A DNA stretch of 55,872 nucleotides, the filler included, from Dugesia japonica (Eukaryota), in the NCBI GenBank assembly GCA_001938525.1. It is 5 parts of 5 records of this genome, joined end to end, with 100 filler letters (N's around TTAATTAATTAA, not from the genome) between each part and the next. Parts side by side here need not be neighbours in the genome. Positions count along the whole stretch, not along the records: positions 9,034 to 18,023 come from MQRL01537657.1; positions 18,124 to 31,090 come from MQRL01645774.1; 3 more parts are not named here. One strand, given 5' to 3'. Position 1 is the first letter of the stretch. Each line of letters opens with the position of its first letter. Below the pieces are notes generated by a model, which was not told the DNA's origin, made no database searches, and was given only the letters and a program-made list of their open reading frames with translations. The translations under genes were made by a program, and so were the position numbers. Below are positions 9,034 through 23,038 of this stretch, one piece after another.

Positions 9034-9690
9034 ACATATCAATGAGGTATTCCATGGAGAGTGGCATTTCCTGATAATATTATTCTCGAAAAGGTTTTGA
9101 ATAGCTTTTTCAATTTTAGATTCTAAGTTCATTGGTTGTCTATATGGGTTTACATTGATTGGTTCAACACTTGTGATTATTTTGTGTCTGGTCAGATGTG
9201 TACGTCCTAAATCCTATTTATCTGCCATAAAAGCATTTTCTTTACTTTCAATTATTTTCAATAACCGTTGATGCTCTTTAATCTTCAAAATATTTAAGTC
9301 TCTTGTCAACCGCTCTCCCTTTTAATTTGTCTTCCGAATTTTGCTTCATTATTGCAAATGTAATTTTCGACTTTTTCATTCGTTTTGCTATCGACCTAAT
9401 ATGGGAAATATTATTACTCTTGAAGTTGCTTTAAATGTTAGAACTGGAGAGATAATTGACGAAGTGCGCACATAAGTTACTTTCTTATTTACAGACAAAG
9501 TGACACCAGATCTAATTGGAGGAAAAGATATGCAGTGGATTTTGGGAAACCAGCTTATACGATAGGTCGATAGCAAAAATTAAATTTGCAATATTGAAGC
9601 AAAATTGAAGCATATGCGGTACAAAGAGAAAATGAGTAGCAATTAGAAAGAAATCTGGAAAAATCTTAAAAGGTTTCTTAAGGAAATAAT
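9034..9690. mobile_element. Rearranged Ty3/Gypsy pol fragments
   Basis: 9034-9398 (minus) encodes ..INVNPYRQPMNLE..SPWNT (start of RT). 9400-9690 (plus) matches the protease end and integrase tail of the 45370-45925 copy. Confidence 0.8.
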
Positions 9691-11204
9691 TATTAATTAA
9701 TAAATTTAGCAAATACAAACTGACAAAATTCAATATTAAGATTTAATTAATTCAATTAAATTCTAATTATGTCATCAAGCTTGTGTTGAAGTAGTGAAAT
9801 AAATTATGTAAAACTATTAGTTGTTATTTGTAAAACGAATTACCAATTGAAGATCTACATAATAAAATATATAGAAACTATAAAAAGTATATAAATAAAA
9901 ACACAAATTTACAAAAATTTTTAAATAAAATTATAATTTTAATGGTTTTAAAAAAAGTATAATATTCAATTATAATAAAGATTAAATAAAATAAAATGAT
10001 TGTGTGAAAATAACAATTTAAAAAAAATTTTAAAAATTTTAAATATAAAAACATTATTAAAATAAATAACAAAATACAACTGATAATTTAACATTAAGAA
10101 GATTTTTAATTTAATTGAAAATTTTCATATTAAATCTAAAATTAAATTTATAATTTAAATTAACCAATAATATTATAATGAAATATTAACAACTAGTATA
10201 GTTTAAATATTTCAAAATATTATTACTTATTATCATATTAATGAAGTAGAGAATTGTCGGAAATTTTAATATTTATAAAACAACAATTTATTTTGATCGA
10301 AACCATTACTTTATTTTAATGAATTCTCAAATGGGTTGAATGGTTAAGTGCAACAATTATTCTCGCAATAATTGTAATTATGTAATTGTATAATTATTTA
10401 ATAATATATCAACAATCGTAGATATCGGACTTTCATACTTTTAACTTTGAATTGACATGGTTTACCTACAAGAAAGCTCATTTTCTTTGTTACTTCTTGT
10501 GACGATTCATCTCTTTAGCTAATATTAGTTATCATAATTAATGAATTAATGGGAAACATTAGGGTTTGTACGGAAATAGTTTTACAGTGCAAGTGCACAT
10601 TTTCGGGCACCTTTTTGATGCTAGTTTGTGTGTGTAAGTGTGTATTGAAAAAACGTTATTGGATATTTTTCTGTCCAATCTAGAACCAATTATATTGTAT
10701 AATGTATATAAAGAGAAAGTTTAATTTATATTTCATTATTTATAAAAATGACAGACTTGAAGAAAACTTTATTCCGGAAATATAAAGTGTTGAAAAAAAA
10801 TGATATTCTTTAATTATTTTAATCATATTTATTTTTTAAAAAAGAATTATGTAAATATTACTTTGATTGTTTGTTGGATTTACTTGAAGTTCACATACAG
10901 TATAATTTTTATCAATATTTTCCATCGTTTCTTTTATTATCAAATCTAAATTCATGGTAATGGAATATAAAATTTCATTTTCTTTATATATTTCATGAGT
11001 TATGCCCATGAGTTGTATAATGCATGTTAATGGAATGCTTATTCATGTTCATTGTTAGTTCGGTTTTGAAAACTCATCGAATCATTAACATCAGAACTCA
11101 AATTCATTACAATGATTTATTAAAATAAAAAACTATAGCAACACTAATTGAGGTTTTAAACAAATTAAATTCCTCTTTTAAATAGGTGATCGTTTCTTAA
11201 AATT

Positions 11205-11535
11205 TTTAAAAATAAATTTTCAGTTTATTTATTAAAATTTTAATTTCAAAATTTAAAAACAATTATTTCTTAGTCATTGGATTTTTTAAATCAGATTTTA
11301 AAATAAATTCTCAATCTATTTGTTAAAATTTAATTTCAGAATTTAAAACAAATACTNNNNNNNNNNNTGATTTTTTAATAAGATTTTTATAAATAAATTT
11401 TTTGTTTACTTATTAAAATTTAATTTCAAAATTTAAAACAATTACGTATTAGCCATTTGACTTTTTAAATCAGATTTTATAAATAAATTTTCAATTTATT
11501 TGTTAAAATTTAATTTCAAAATTTAAAACAATTAC
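11205..11535. repeat. ~90-bp tandem repeat, ~3.6 copies
   Basis: AAATAAATT...TTAAAATTTAATTTCAAAATTTAAAACAATTA recurs at about 11210, 11300, 11391 and 11481. Confidence 0.85.
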
Positions 11536-11599
11536 TTTTTTTTTATTTTATTCTGAAATGTCCGTAAGTTCCTTCATTTCATTTGAATTTCTGTTGATT

Positions 11600-12750
11600 T
11601 CTTTGCTGGTTAGTTTTTTCATATACTTTTATCTTCTACTTTTTCTTTCGAGATTTGTTTCTATCTTCCATTGATTTTTCTTCGTTCTTTGAATTCAAAA
11701 GTTTCTGCGTCTTTATTTTGTTTTTAGATCTTCTAGTTTTGCCCATAAGCTTAGCTTTCTTGCTGCTAAGATTGATCTGATACTTCGCAATTTTACCTTT
11801 TCATGGAGCTCTGTGATTTTTTGTCTATCTCTCCTGGTCGTTTCTAGGCATTTCCTTCGGCATCTATTCAATAGGATATGTAAGTCGTTTTCATATTTCT
11901 TTGTGATCGCCAAGGTTTCTGCTCCATATCTCAAGGCTGGAATGGCTATACTTTTTATAATTTGGACTTTGGTTTTGATTTTGATGTATGTTCTTTTTAG
12001 TATACTTCCCAGCATATTCAGTTTGCTTTGTTATACTTCTATTTTTGTTTTAATTTCTTTTTCATATTATCCTTTGTTTTCGATAATCTACCTGAGGTAT
12101 CTGAATTCTGATACTATTTCGATCTCTTAGTTTTCGATTTTTACCTTTTTGTTTCTTTCATCCTTTCTATTAAGCTTTTGTATTTTTTATGCTAATTTTA
12201 ATGCCCATTGGACTCATACATTTTTTTAGTCTTCCTAGATTATCATTTAGACCTTTCACTGTTTCGTCAATTAAGTACAAGTCGTCAGCATATGCTCCAT
12301 ATGCAAAGTAGATGTTTCTTTTGTCTTTGTTTTGTAATGATGTGACTGTTATAAACTTTGCTTTCTTTATTAAATGATCAAAGACGACGATGAATAAGAT
12401 TGGACAAGTATAAATCCTTGTCATACTCATGTTAACATTTTAAATTTTTCTTTACTCATGTACCTTTCTACTTCGTTGTACAATTCTTTTATTATTCTGT
12501 TCATTTTTTATGGTACTCCTATTGGTTTTAGACATTCCTACATGGTATATCTCGAGATGCTGTTGAATGCCTTTTCTCGATTGATGAACGCACATATTAC
12601 ATTTTTGTTTTTGTATCTTGCTTTTTCTTGGATTCTTCAAAGTATGTATATGCTGTTTACTGTTGATCTTTTTTCTCTGAATCCGAATTGATTATATTGT
12701 AGTGTTCTTTCAGTGTATTTTTGGAGTCTTTTTGTTTTGCCATTAATCTA
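11600..12750 (-). pseudogene. Non-LTR retrotransposon RT (RTE-like), 3' part, decayed
   Basis: QFGFREKRST, CAFIN.EKAFNS, AYADD, FRYL and IAIPALRYGAET, with many stops. Confidence 0.85.
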
Positions 12751-13019
12751 TATGTTAGATTCTCGTGGGTGAAGATATCTATCAAGGGCTTCTCTGACTC
12801 CAGATTATTTAAAAAATGCGCGTAGGTGAAACTTATATTTTATTGTAAATAATAAATATAGTAAATAACAATATAATAACTAAGACAAACACTTTATTTA
12901 AATTATGAATTTAAATTATTTATTTAAATTACTGAAGAGAATAAATTTAATAAAGAATTGATTAAAATGTCAGAGAAATATGAACATCGAATAAAATCTT
13001 TATTCTTAGCAGTTATAGG

Positions 13020-14440
13020 TCATGAATGAGTTCCATCATTTATGTACTGTGTTTCTAAAGATCATAAAACAACAATGAAAGAAAGACCTATTGTCAATGC
13101 TTCTGATACTCCATCTACTTCATTATGCAAACTTATGGCAGATTATTTAATACCATTATTAAATTTTGTTCCAGCACATTTGAAAAATAGTTGAGTTTGT
13201 TGAACGAATTAGAAGTTATGACTGGAATAATGAGGATCAATTTGGTTCATTGGATGTAACAAATCTTTATGGATCAATTCCTATTGATGTCATCCATATT
13301 GTAAGTGATTTCATTGAAAGATATAAAGAACATACAAATATTCCTGAAATCACCATAAATGGTTTCAAATTTCTTATTAATTTGTGTCTATTCTCTGACA
13401 GCATTTATTTGTCGGTGAACCACTTTTTAAACTAAAAAGTGGTCTGGCAATGGGTAACAACTTGTCTCCTATTTTAGCGATAATTTTTATGAACTTCATT
13501 GAAAATANNNNNNNNNNNNNNNNNNNNNNNNNNNNNNNNNNNNNNNNNNNNNNNNNNNNNNNNNNNNNNNNNNNNNNNNNNNNNNNNNNNNNNNNNNNNN
13601 NNNNNNNNNNNNNNNNNNNNNNNNNNNNNNNNNNNNNNNNNNNNAGTCAATCGACTTTCAGATTCCTTTTCTGGACACCTTAATCCAAAAGAAACCTGGT
13701 GAATTATTACTTTCCCAGCTGTATATGAAACCATTTCACATTCGACATATATTACCCTAGAGTAGTAATACTACCATCAGACAGAAAATTTGAATAATCA
13801 AGGGTGAAAGAATAAGAGCTGAAAGACTATCTTCAAATGAAGAAATGAGACTGACTTCCATCCGGTTGATAAAAAATAAATTTCTAAATAATGGTTATCC
13901 AAATATAATTCTATATAAACATCTATACTCAAATACAGAATTTAATAAAATCAAACAAAAGACAAAAACAGTTTTTAAATTACCTTTTATTAATGAGAAA
14001 TGTTGCCAAATCATGCAAAATATAATAACAAAGTCGAAAATAAAACACAATCCAAGAATTATATTTAAAACGCAAACAACTTTGGGCATCCAATTACAGA
14101 AACCAAGACAAACATTTTTTTGTCCCAAATGCATTTGTGATGGAAGAAATATAAGCAATAAAAAATATCACTTACAAAATAACATCCACCTTATGTAAGG
14201 ATACATATATAGGAGAATCATTCAGAACNNNNNNNNNNNNNNNNNNNNNNNNNNNNNNNNNNNNNNNNNNNNNNNNNNTCAAAACAAACATAATGTTTTA
14301 CCAGAAAATCATCATATTACATAGAAAACATTAGGAACAGGCTACATTTCTATTTTTCACAGAAAGAAACATGGATAAATTTTAATTAAAAAGATAAATC
14401 TCAGATTAATGTAGTATTCAACAATTACAATATTTGAAAA
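13020..14440 (+). mobile_element. Penelope-like element (RT + GIY-YIG), decayed
   Basis: SKDHK...RPIV, SLDVTNLY.SIP, GLAMGNNLSPILA.IFM, NGYP, and a Y.I..YIGES endonuclease motif near 14165-14225. Confidence 0.88.
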
Positions 14441-15203
14441 GGAACTTTGATGAAAAACGTTTATATCATTATCAATAAATAATATGTTTAAAATAAATGT
14501 AATTATAATAAAAACGAAAAAATATTAATTAAATATCAAAGTTTTCTTAATACGAATTTGAAAGAAACTTTAAAATGTTTTTTTATTCATAAAAATTAAT
14601 TTTATATAAAAATAATTCTTTTTCTAAATGAATTTTTAAAAAATTTATAAAAATTCATTTTAAAATAACATAAATTATATATAAGCTAAATAAAAACACT
14701 AATTATATAAACATAGTAAATAATTAAAAAAACACAAAAGAAAACTTTTCAAATTTTTTAAAAAAAATACAAAATTTAAAAGTTTTAATTATAATATATC
14801 TAAATATATAAAAGACGTTTCTATTTAATAAAAATATTTTTATGAGTTAATTTAAAATAACTTAAATCCATAATTAAAATAAACCAATAATATTTCGATA
14901 AAATCTAACGAATTGAGTAACAAAGACCTATTTCGTTGAATATATCAAGAAGCCGTCATGTTCCTGAAAAAGACTATTTCCAAAAATTTGAACGTTTTTT
15001 ACAAATACATTTTATTCTTATCGAAGCTTTTCTTTATTTTAATGAAATCTCAAATGCGATCAATAGTTAAGTTCAACAATTATTCTCGCAATAATTGATT
15101 GTAATTATAAAACTTCCGTTTACTTTTTTTGTTAGAATCTTTTCTTAAGCTTCTAATTAAAAACATTTCTTTATAATTTGATAGATATGTTTTAATTCCT
15201 TTT

Positions 15204-15930
15204 TTAATATAGTACTTTCACTTCTGCATCTCTCCATTCCTGAGGGAATGGGATGCTGCCCATCCATATTGCTTCTAGGTCTTTTTTGATTTTGTCTATG
15301 AGCCCTTTTTGACCAATGTGGAATGCATCGATCGGTATGCCTCCTTCACCGAATACCTTCCTCTTTTTGATGTTTTTTAATGTATTCCATATTTTTTCCT
15401 TTGTTGGTGAGAGGTTATTTTCGTCGTCTTGATTCTCTATTTCTCCATTTAAATAGTTGGTGTTTTTTGTTCTTTGTTTCTGAAAGTTTTTTGAACTATG
15501 TTGCAATTTTGTTGTCTTCAATTAATTGGATTGATTTTTACGTTTTTCAATTGAGCTTCTTTGACTTTGGTTTTTTCCATTTCTCTTATGGTTTTGTATG
15601 CTTTTCTTGTTTCATTTGTTTGAATCATATCTTCTACATTAATTCCTTTTTTCTGTAGCTAGTCTATTTAACATTTTTTGATAAATTTTCTTAAATCTTT
15701 GGATGTTGATTTGTACTTTTCTTTATTTGTTTCGTTTATATTATTGATGTAGTTTTGTTTGGCTTCTCATTTGTTATCATGGAGTTTTTTTTATCTCTTT
15801 GGTGTGCTCTTCTAACCAATTTCTTCGTTTTTTGGCTTTTCCTACATTTGAATTTAGACGTTTTTTCAAAGGTTTTTCTGTGTCTTTCTATCGGTAAGTC
15901 TTTCTACACTTATATTGAATAACTCTAGTA
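15204..15930 (-). pseudogene. Non-LTR retrotransposon ORF2 upstream of RT, decayed
   Basis: SPT.E.I...LK.....K..G.GGIP and PQEWRDA.V..LY, the pre-RT motifs of LINE ORF2. Confidence 0.75.
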
Positions 15931-16009
15931 ATTTTCTATCAGTTTCGTCAGCTACAATATTAATTCTACATTTTCTTCTTTTCTATTCTTCTCGAGCTTG
16001 ATGTTTTGT

Positions 16010-18023
16010 AGCTTGTACATTCAAAATTTGCTCAAGTGAAGTATAGATTGAACATTGTAACTTCGTGGATCAAACCATATGGACTTATTAGAACTGCAAT
16101 AAGTCCTTGTCAATCCTGATGGATTTCAGGAAGCTGAACTTAGAACCATATGTTACCAGATTTCTAATAGTTTTGCATAATTACAAATCCATCATTTTCT
16201 TTATATTTTCGACCGATTTCTTATACAAAATGTTGTTAAATAGTTTGCAGTAATTTCCCTCAAGCTTAGTATTATATACTGCTCTTAATGCAGTGTTTAT
16301 TTCAATGTAATTTTAAAATATACGAGCTTGATTAAATCTTATTGCTCTATGGACCAATTTAACTTAGAATCCTTATCTTATTTACATTTATAACAGTATT
16401 GTTGCTACTAGTAAATCATTAAAATAATCANGAATTTCTTCTGGAATAATCATTTCCACCTTCAAAGTGTAAATAGAACAACGCATCCATATCCATTGTC
16501 TTACATTCTTGTAATAGTTATTCTAAATCAGTGTGTACCCACTCAAAGTTTTTATATAGTAATTTTTTACTAAGAGGTAATTCATACAGATTAATAATAT
16601 AAACTTTTAAAAATCAGTGTTTTCACTTGTTGTGCTTGTTAATAAATGTCACTACATCCTTTATCTTCATCCGCGATTTCATCCCATTTTGATGGCATTT
16701 CTGTTGTTTCAACGTGTACTTGAAAATTGGTTGCATAATTATATGGTAATATCCCTTTTGACGTTGTTATAAACTTATATGAATCTATAAACTTTATCGT
16801 ACCAAATTTAGTTTTATGTACTAATAAGCACAAAGACCTTTCTAATATTGATGGAATACAATTGAGACTCCATTGCTGGAATTTGCTTATTCCATATTTT
16901 AAGATCTGATGCAAATCATACCCTCTTAAATTATAAAATACAACCGGTACTTGCGTTTTTACACTTCTGCTCAAATTGCCTTTAGAGCATGCTGCGCCCA
17001 TATACTGATCAGTAAAGTGATCATGATCATGAACTGTTGCATACAATGTTTTCTTGCACATATTACAATTAGTGTCTGCAGCGATCTTGATATTATAATT
17101 TTCTTATTCTAGTTTCTTATGTAGAATGGAGTCACTAAATTCTGATCGATATCTTGTATCTCCTAAAGTAAATCATATATACAGGTATCTGCAATGAATT
17201 GTTTGTATGTTATTTTGTTGGTAAAGTTGTTTACTTAAAACATTCCTGATGAAACCAGTATATGCTTCTGAAATTGAACTTAAACTCTGAGCCTTTCTCT
17301 GCAAGCATATTATATAGAGTTTTACCAGTTTGAATTTTTTCAAAAATTAACACATGTTTCTGAAATGCTAATTTATACTTAAATACATTTAAGTAATTTG
17401 AGTATCAATATAAACAGATTTATACACCATCTAGTTTAACATCACGATTCATTAATCTGTTCAAATTTATTACAGCTGCGTAATGGTCTTTATTTCCATT
17501 CTCTAGCAACAAATATATTTTTTCCCATCGACCACTTTAGACTTGTGAATAATATCTTAATACTTAATCTAAATATTCTTGAAAACATCTTCACCGACAT
17601 CTTGTACTTTATTTGCATTCCACACAAAACATTGATTGTATATCAAGGATTTTTTTTCAAATTTTCTTTTATTATCCAACCTCATTGGTTTATTGAACTC
17701 TAGCTCCGACATGTATTTTTGATAAATTATTGCTCTTTTTCTATGATTTTCATCATCCATATTCTTTTAATTATTACTAAGATGGTGTAAATAAAGCATT
17801 TATTATCCTTATTCTTGATACTAACAATTGCCATTTTCTTTTTCAGATTTGCTAAGGCTGATATATAATTGTAACTACTTATAGTTTTAACCTTGATGAT
17901 TTTGAATTTCACTTCTAAAATCTTGAAATTGTTTTGGTTAATTGCTTTTTTCCCTCTTGGAAAAAATTATCACTTAATTGGATGGCTCTATTTGATATTC
18001 TGAAAATATCTTCATCTTCATCA
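16010..18023 (-). pseudogene. Second, heavily decayed Polinton-type pPolB
   Basis: IVSIKNKDNKCF, HYAAVINLNRL, C..C...VHDHDHFTDQYMGAAC...NL, VPVVFYNLRGYD, KFIDS, KGILPY and KLFNN...K..ENIR. Confidence 0.85.
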
Positions 18024-18123
18024 NNNNNNNNNNNNNNNNNNNNNNNNNNNNNNNNNNNNNNNNNNNNTTAATTAATTAANNNNNNNNNNNNNNNNNNNNN
18101 NNNNNNNNNNNNNNNNNNNNNNN

Positions 18124-18208
18124 TCAATAATGAATTAATTTCAATAATGAATTAATTTCAATAATGAATTAATTTCAATAATGAATTAATTTCAATATTG
18201 AAATTATT
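18124..18208. repeat. 17-bp tandem repeat x5
   Basis: Four perfect copies of TCAATAATGAATTAATT plus one diverged copy. Confidence 0.9.
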
Positions 18209-18209
18209 C

Positions 18210-19517
18210 TTACATTAATCTAACAAACAATCAAACTGTTTGCCCTTGATCATCACTGAAATGCAGGCTTTCCCTTGCATTTTATCATACGAAATTTCTA
18301 CATTCTGTTTCTCTTAAATTGTTCCTATCAATTCTACTTTGTTAACTTCAGTATCATTGAAACTTTCTCTTTTTAAAAATCTGTAAACCTTTTCTCTAAC
18401 TTCGCTCATCTCATTCATTTCTCGGCCTCCTGAGGATAATCAATCGGTATCTTGTTTAATGATTGGCTCCGACAAACTCCTCTACCGATGAAACCCTGTC
18501 TGTTGGGTGTTTTCTTCTTGAATCTTCATTTTCTATTATGCTCTCAGAAAATATCTCTTCATTGTCATCATCATCCTCTTCTCGAATGGCATGAATTTGT
18601 TTGGTCCGCTTTTAGAATGGTAACTTCTATCTCTGGTCTTGGTTTATTAATGCTCGAATAACATTCTTCCGCTCTGTGACCTGGTCTTTTACATCTACCG
18701 ATTACAATTTATGTGTACATCCTTCTGACATGACCAATCTTACCACAACCAAAACATTTTGGTGGTTTCTTGTCTGGACAATTTCTACTTAAATGCCCTT
18801 TCTTGTAACAAGTCCAATATTCCAAATGATAATTTTTTGGACACTCTTTTTGTATGCCCATAACTCTGGCATGTCAAACACTGTGGCACTGTTCTTATCG
18901 TAGCTCTTTCGATATTTTGTCTCCTTTCTCCGGAATGTTTCCCACGTGTTACACCTGCGTAACTCTACTACATGAATAGGTTCTCTTTCTATTTTTTCAA
19001 CCAATGATAGCGTTTCTTTTATATCTTCTACTTTCTCCAATTTTCGCATGATAATCTCTTCTTCTGCTTTTTTACTATTTGCACAAATTATTAGCATTTT
19101 TGATAAGAGTTTTTCTTTCGTAAACTCTCCATTTGCTAAAAATTTATCGACCAAATCTTCCACTTTTTTAAAGAACACATCAAGTTCTTCACAACTTCGA
19201 CGATAGCTTATAATTTTCTGTAAATCTTTTATTACGTCTCTCTTGCTCTCAAAAGCTAATCGCAATCTCTCTCAATATTCGTCAACCTTCTTCAATGTCT
19301 TCACATATGCTTCCATTAAATCTTCATTCAGCATACATGTTACTCAACGTTCCTGATCTTTCTTAACAACGATGTTCTTTGCTTCAAAGTATATTTCAGA
19401 CCGTTTGATAAACTTATCTAGATCATCGCATCTGCAAAAAATATTTTTTGCAACAATCCCTCTGTGATTGCATCGGTGTTTACCGCTGCCACCATGTTAG
19501 GAGAGTTTGGAAAACTC
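18210..19517 (-). mobile_element. Ty3/Gypsy gag-protease fragment
   Basis: Homologous to the gag at 43869-45250 (FCR.DD..KF, YFEAKNI); CCHC knuckles such as CFGCGKIGHVRR. Confidence 0.8.
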
Positions 19518-19958
19518 NNNNNNNNNNNNNNNNNNNNNNNNNNNNNCATAAATTTATTTAAAATAAAAACTATAACATCATTAATTGTTTAAACAAAAAC
19601 AATTTTAAAAATTCATATTTAAACACGGAAAATACTAAATATTTAATTTTATATTTCATTCTTTTTAAAATATATTTGGATTTTAAAAAAATTCACTAAA
19701 ATAAACATCTTTTATTCATTTAATTTTATATTTTAAAAATCCTTAAATGTTAGTAATTTATTTTATAAATTATNNNNNNNNNNNNNNNNNNNNNNNNNNN
19801 NNNNNNNNNNNNNNNNNNNNNNNNNNNNNNNNNNNNNNNNNNNNNNNNNNNNNNNNNNNNNNNNNNNNNNNNNNNNNNNNNNNNNNNNNNNNNNNNNNNN
19901 NNNNNNNNNNNNNNNNNNNNNNNNNNNNNNNNNNNNNNNNNNNNNNNNNNNNNNNNNN

Positions 19959-20060
19959 TCTGACCTCCCGTAATATCTTCTCATTGTAACTTGGAATTCG
20001 GTTTCATCAGAAAACAAGATTATTCATCCTTTATTTATTTTTTCAAGAAACCAACTACAC
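19959..20060 (-). pseudogene. Possible Tc1-like transposase fragment
   Basis: ILFSDETEF resembles the first catalytic Asp motif. Very short and next to a gap. Confidence 0.35.
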
Positions 20061-21719
20061 TAGTCTTTTATATAATCATTTATATGTTTATTGTTATTAT
20101 TTATTTATATGTTATTGTTTTATCTGTTTAAAAGTCAGTATATTTATATTTTGAAAATATTCATTAATTAAAAAAAAATAAACATAAATTAAAAAAAATA
20201 AATTTAAACTAAAAACTCTATAGGAGTGCAAAAATAATTTAATTGATAATAACTAATAAATAATTAATAATTTAATAATAATAATTAATTTGATTTTTTA
20301 AATATGTATCTAAATTTAATGGCTACTGAAACTTCTAAATACCATGTAATTATATTGTTAAAGTAATTTTTTATTCATTATTTATTTAGCGTTTAAAATT
20401 ATTGAGGGTCTAAAAAAGAACTCAAAGCTCATCAGCCATTCAAGATTTTTGTGTTATAAAAATAAAGACAACAAAAAGAGCATTTTATTAAGATGCCAAC
20501 AATACCCTCACAGTCTGCACTGTAAAGGCATTACTTGCCAAAGAAGACAATAGTTTCTCATTTGAGGGTCAACACATCGCTCATGGAATGTCTTTAAGGA
20601 AATTCATCTCAAAGTTATTATCAAAATTAATTTCAACGTCAAATTATTTAATTGTCGAAATCATATTCGCACCCCTTATTTGATCTGTGTGGTTTATAAA
20701 TTGTAGCTCTGGGGTAATAAATGTGATATAAATTTCAAAGAATCTGGTTTCAAATATTCGTTTTTCACCAACTTCAAGGTGGTTTTCATTTCTTAACATT
20801 ATTCCATTTCCATTAAAGAAATGGAATCAAATTAATGCATTTGAATAACTTTAAATTATTAAACATAGAATGCAAGTTTAAGATGAAGTGGAAATCACCT
20901 AGATTATAACCAACAATAAAAAAAGACTTATTCAAATGTTGTTCAAATGGCATTCTAGTATAGTTCGAAAAAATAATAATTGTTTATCGCATTGATTGAA
21001 GCTGTTATTTACAGTTCAAATTTTCAATTGAATAGATTAGAAAACACCCAATGATTCCTCAAAATTTTAGTTAAAAATATAGTACATATAAGCTTTGCGA
21101 ATTACTATACCAACTTAAGATTCTCCAATAATAACTGATGAACTCAGAATTAAATTATTACAAGCCAGCAAACACAACAAGAATAGTAATAGGAAAAGTA
21201 ATGCAAATCAAATTTTTCGTAAGGCATCTAAAAAAGTCATTGATATGAAAAATACAAAGAAATTAACACAAATGATTTCATGTGTCATATAAATTTGTAT
21301 CTCTTCTCATTTCTATTCAGATAGAATTTCTATCGGTGATCAACTTTTTAAACCAAAGCCGATTATTTTTCTTCCGTTGGGTACTAGACTCAACAAATTT
21401 GTTAAATGGGTTCGAAAATGATTTTAAATTGCTCTATATTAATTTTATCTGTTACTATTCAGTATTTATTGATTTTAATAATTTATTGATTTAGGATGTT
21501 CTGTCTTTTAGTATGTAGCTACAATATTGTAGAACTAATATAATTACAAAAGTCTATAAATAGAGTAATAGATGTGAAAATATCTAATAAACAAATATAA
21601 CACTGTTTAATCATTTATTTTTGGTGTATGAAGATCTACCAAAGTTCTTATAACTTATTGGATTAATTTTATTTTAAACAAAAGCTGCTTCGCAGAGTCC
21701 CGATGATTTTTAATTTTCC

Positions 21720-22575
21720 AAAAACGACTGCAACATAATAATGCAGTTTATTAATTTAAACGGGAACTACTTCACTGAAAGACCAGAGTCTCTAGAACAT
21801 AGTTGGAAACTATAAAATTAAAGGCTAATGAACCGTTTAAGAGTATTTATATAGATATCAGTAGACCATTCCAAGAAACCTTAGGAAAAATATATCTGTA
21901 TCATAATAGATAAATTTAGCAGATAAATATGCTTAACAGCCCTAGTTAAACAAGATGATGAATCAATAAAGAAAACGATTGTGGATAAATGGATACTGAG
22001 ATTTAGTGCCTCAAAAGAGATACATATAGATTGTGGGAAGATCTTCGAATCGAAAGTTATCAAAGAGATGACAGATTACATGAATATAACAATTTGCTTT
22101 TCAAGTCCATATTCTCATAATACAAACGGAATAGTAGAGCGGCAATTCAGAACAATCAGAGATTACATCAATTCAACATTAAAAGATAAAAAGTGGACAG
22201 AGTTAATACCAGAAATTGAATATACACTAAATGCAACAAGCCAGAAGACTTTAGGGATAAATCCAGCAGAGATGGTATTCGGTAAGCAGATACATAGAGA
22301 AAGATGGTTCAATAATGGAGAAAAGAATGAAGAATCCGGAGAGTTGACACCAACTTGTTTCGTATATGAAAAAATCAAATACGAAACAATTGAATATGTT
22401 TAAAAACCTTGCAAAAAAAAGAATAAAGAATCCGGAGAGTTGACACCAACAGAGAGATATTTTCAAGTTGGAGACAAGGTTCTAATCAAGGTAGAAAACA
22501 GATCAAAAGACAAAGAAATATATACAGGTCCTTACAAGGTGATAAAACAGATTCATAAAAGACGATATCTGGTAA
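21720..22575 (+). mobile_element. Ty3/Gypsy integrase fragment
   Basis: EPF..IYIDI, IIDKFSR, IHIDCG..FES, SSPYSHNTNG.VER and a GPY tail. Internal ~97-bp offset duplication (AAGAATCCGGAGAGTTGACACCAAC twice). Confidence 0.88.
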
Positions 22576-23038
22576 ACTTTATAATTTTTATATATATTAT
22601 ATTAAAATGTCTTTTTTGAAAAATTCAAATATTATTGTAAAAAGTGTACTTAACAGATTTTTAAAATATAAAATATTTTTAAACGAAATTTATTTAAATA
22701 ATTTCTACATATTATATTAGGCAAAATATATAAAAGTATAAAAATTATTTTATGAAATTATGTTTATAAACAAAATAAAGATATATGAAAGTAAAAATAT
22801 TTTGTAGAATTAAAATAAATATTTTTAAAATATTTTATTAAAAATTTATCATATTATTTGTTTGAACACTATGAATTATTCATCTTTTTTTACTTTAATC
22901 AAAAATCTTGTGATAATAAATAAAAATTTATGGAGAGTTCTGTAGTTAGGAATTTAACTAATAATATTAATAATTGTTAGATGTAATATTTAAACATATT
23001 TGTTTAAATATTATTGATTTATTTAATTTTAAAAAACT

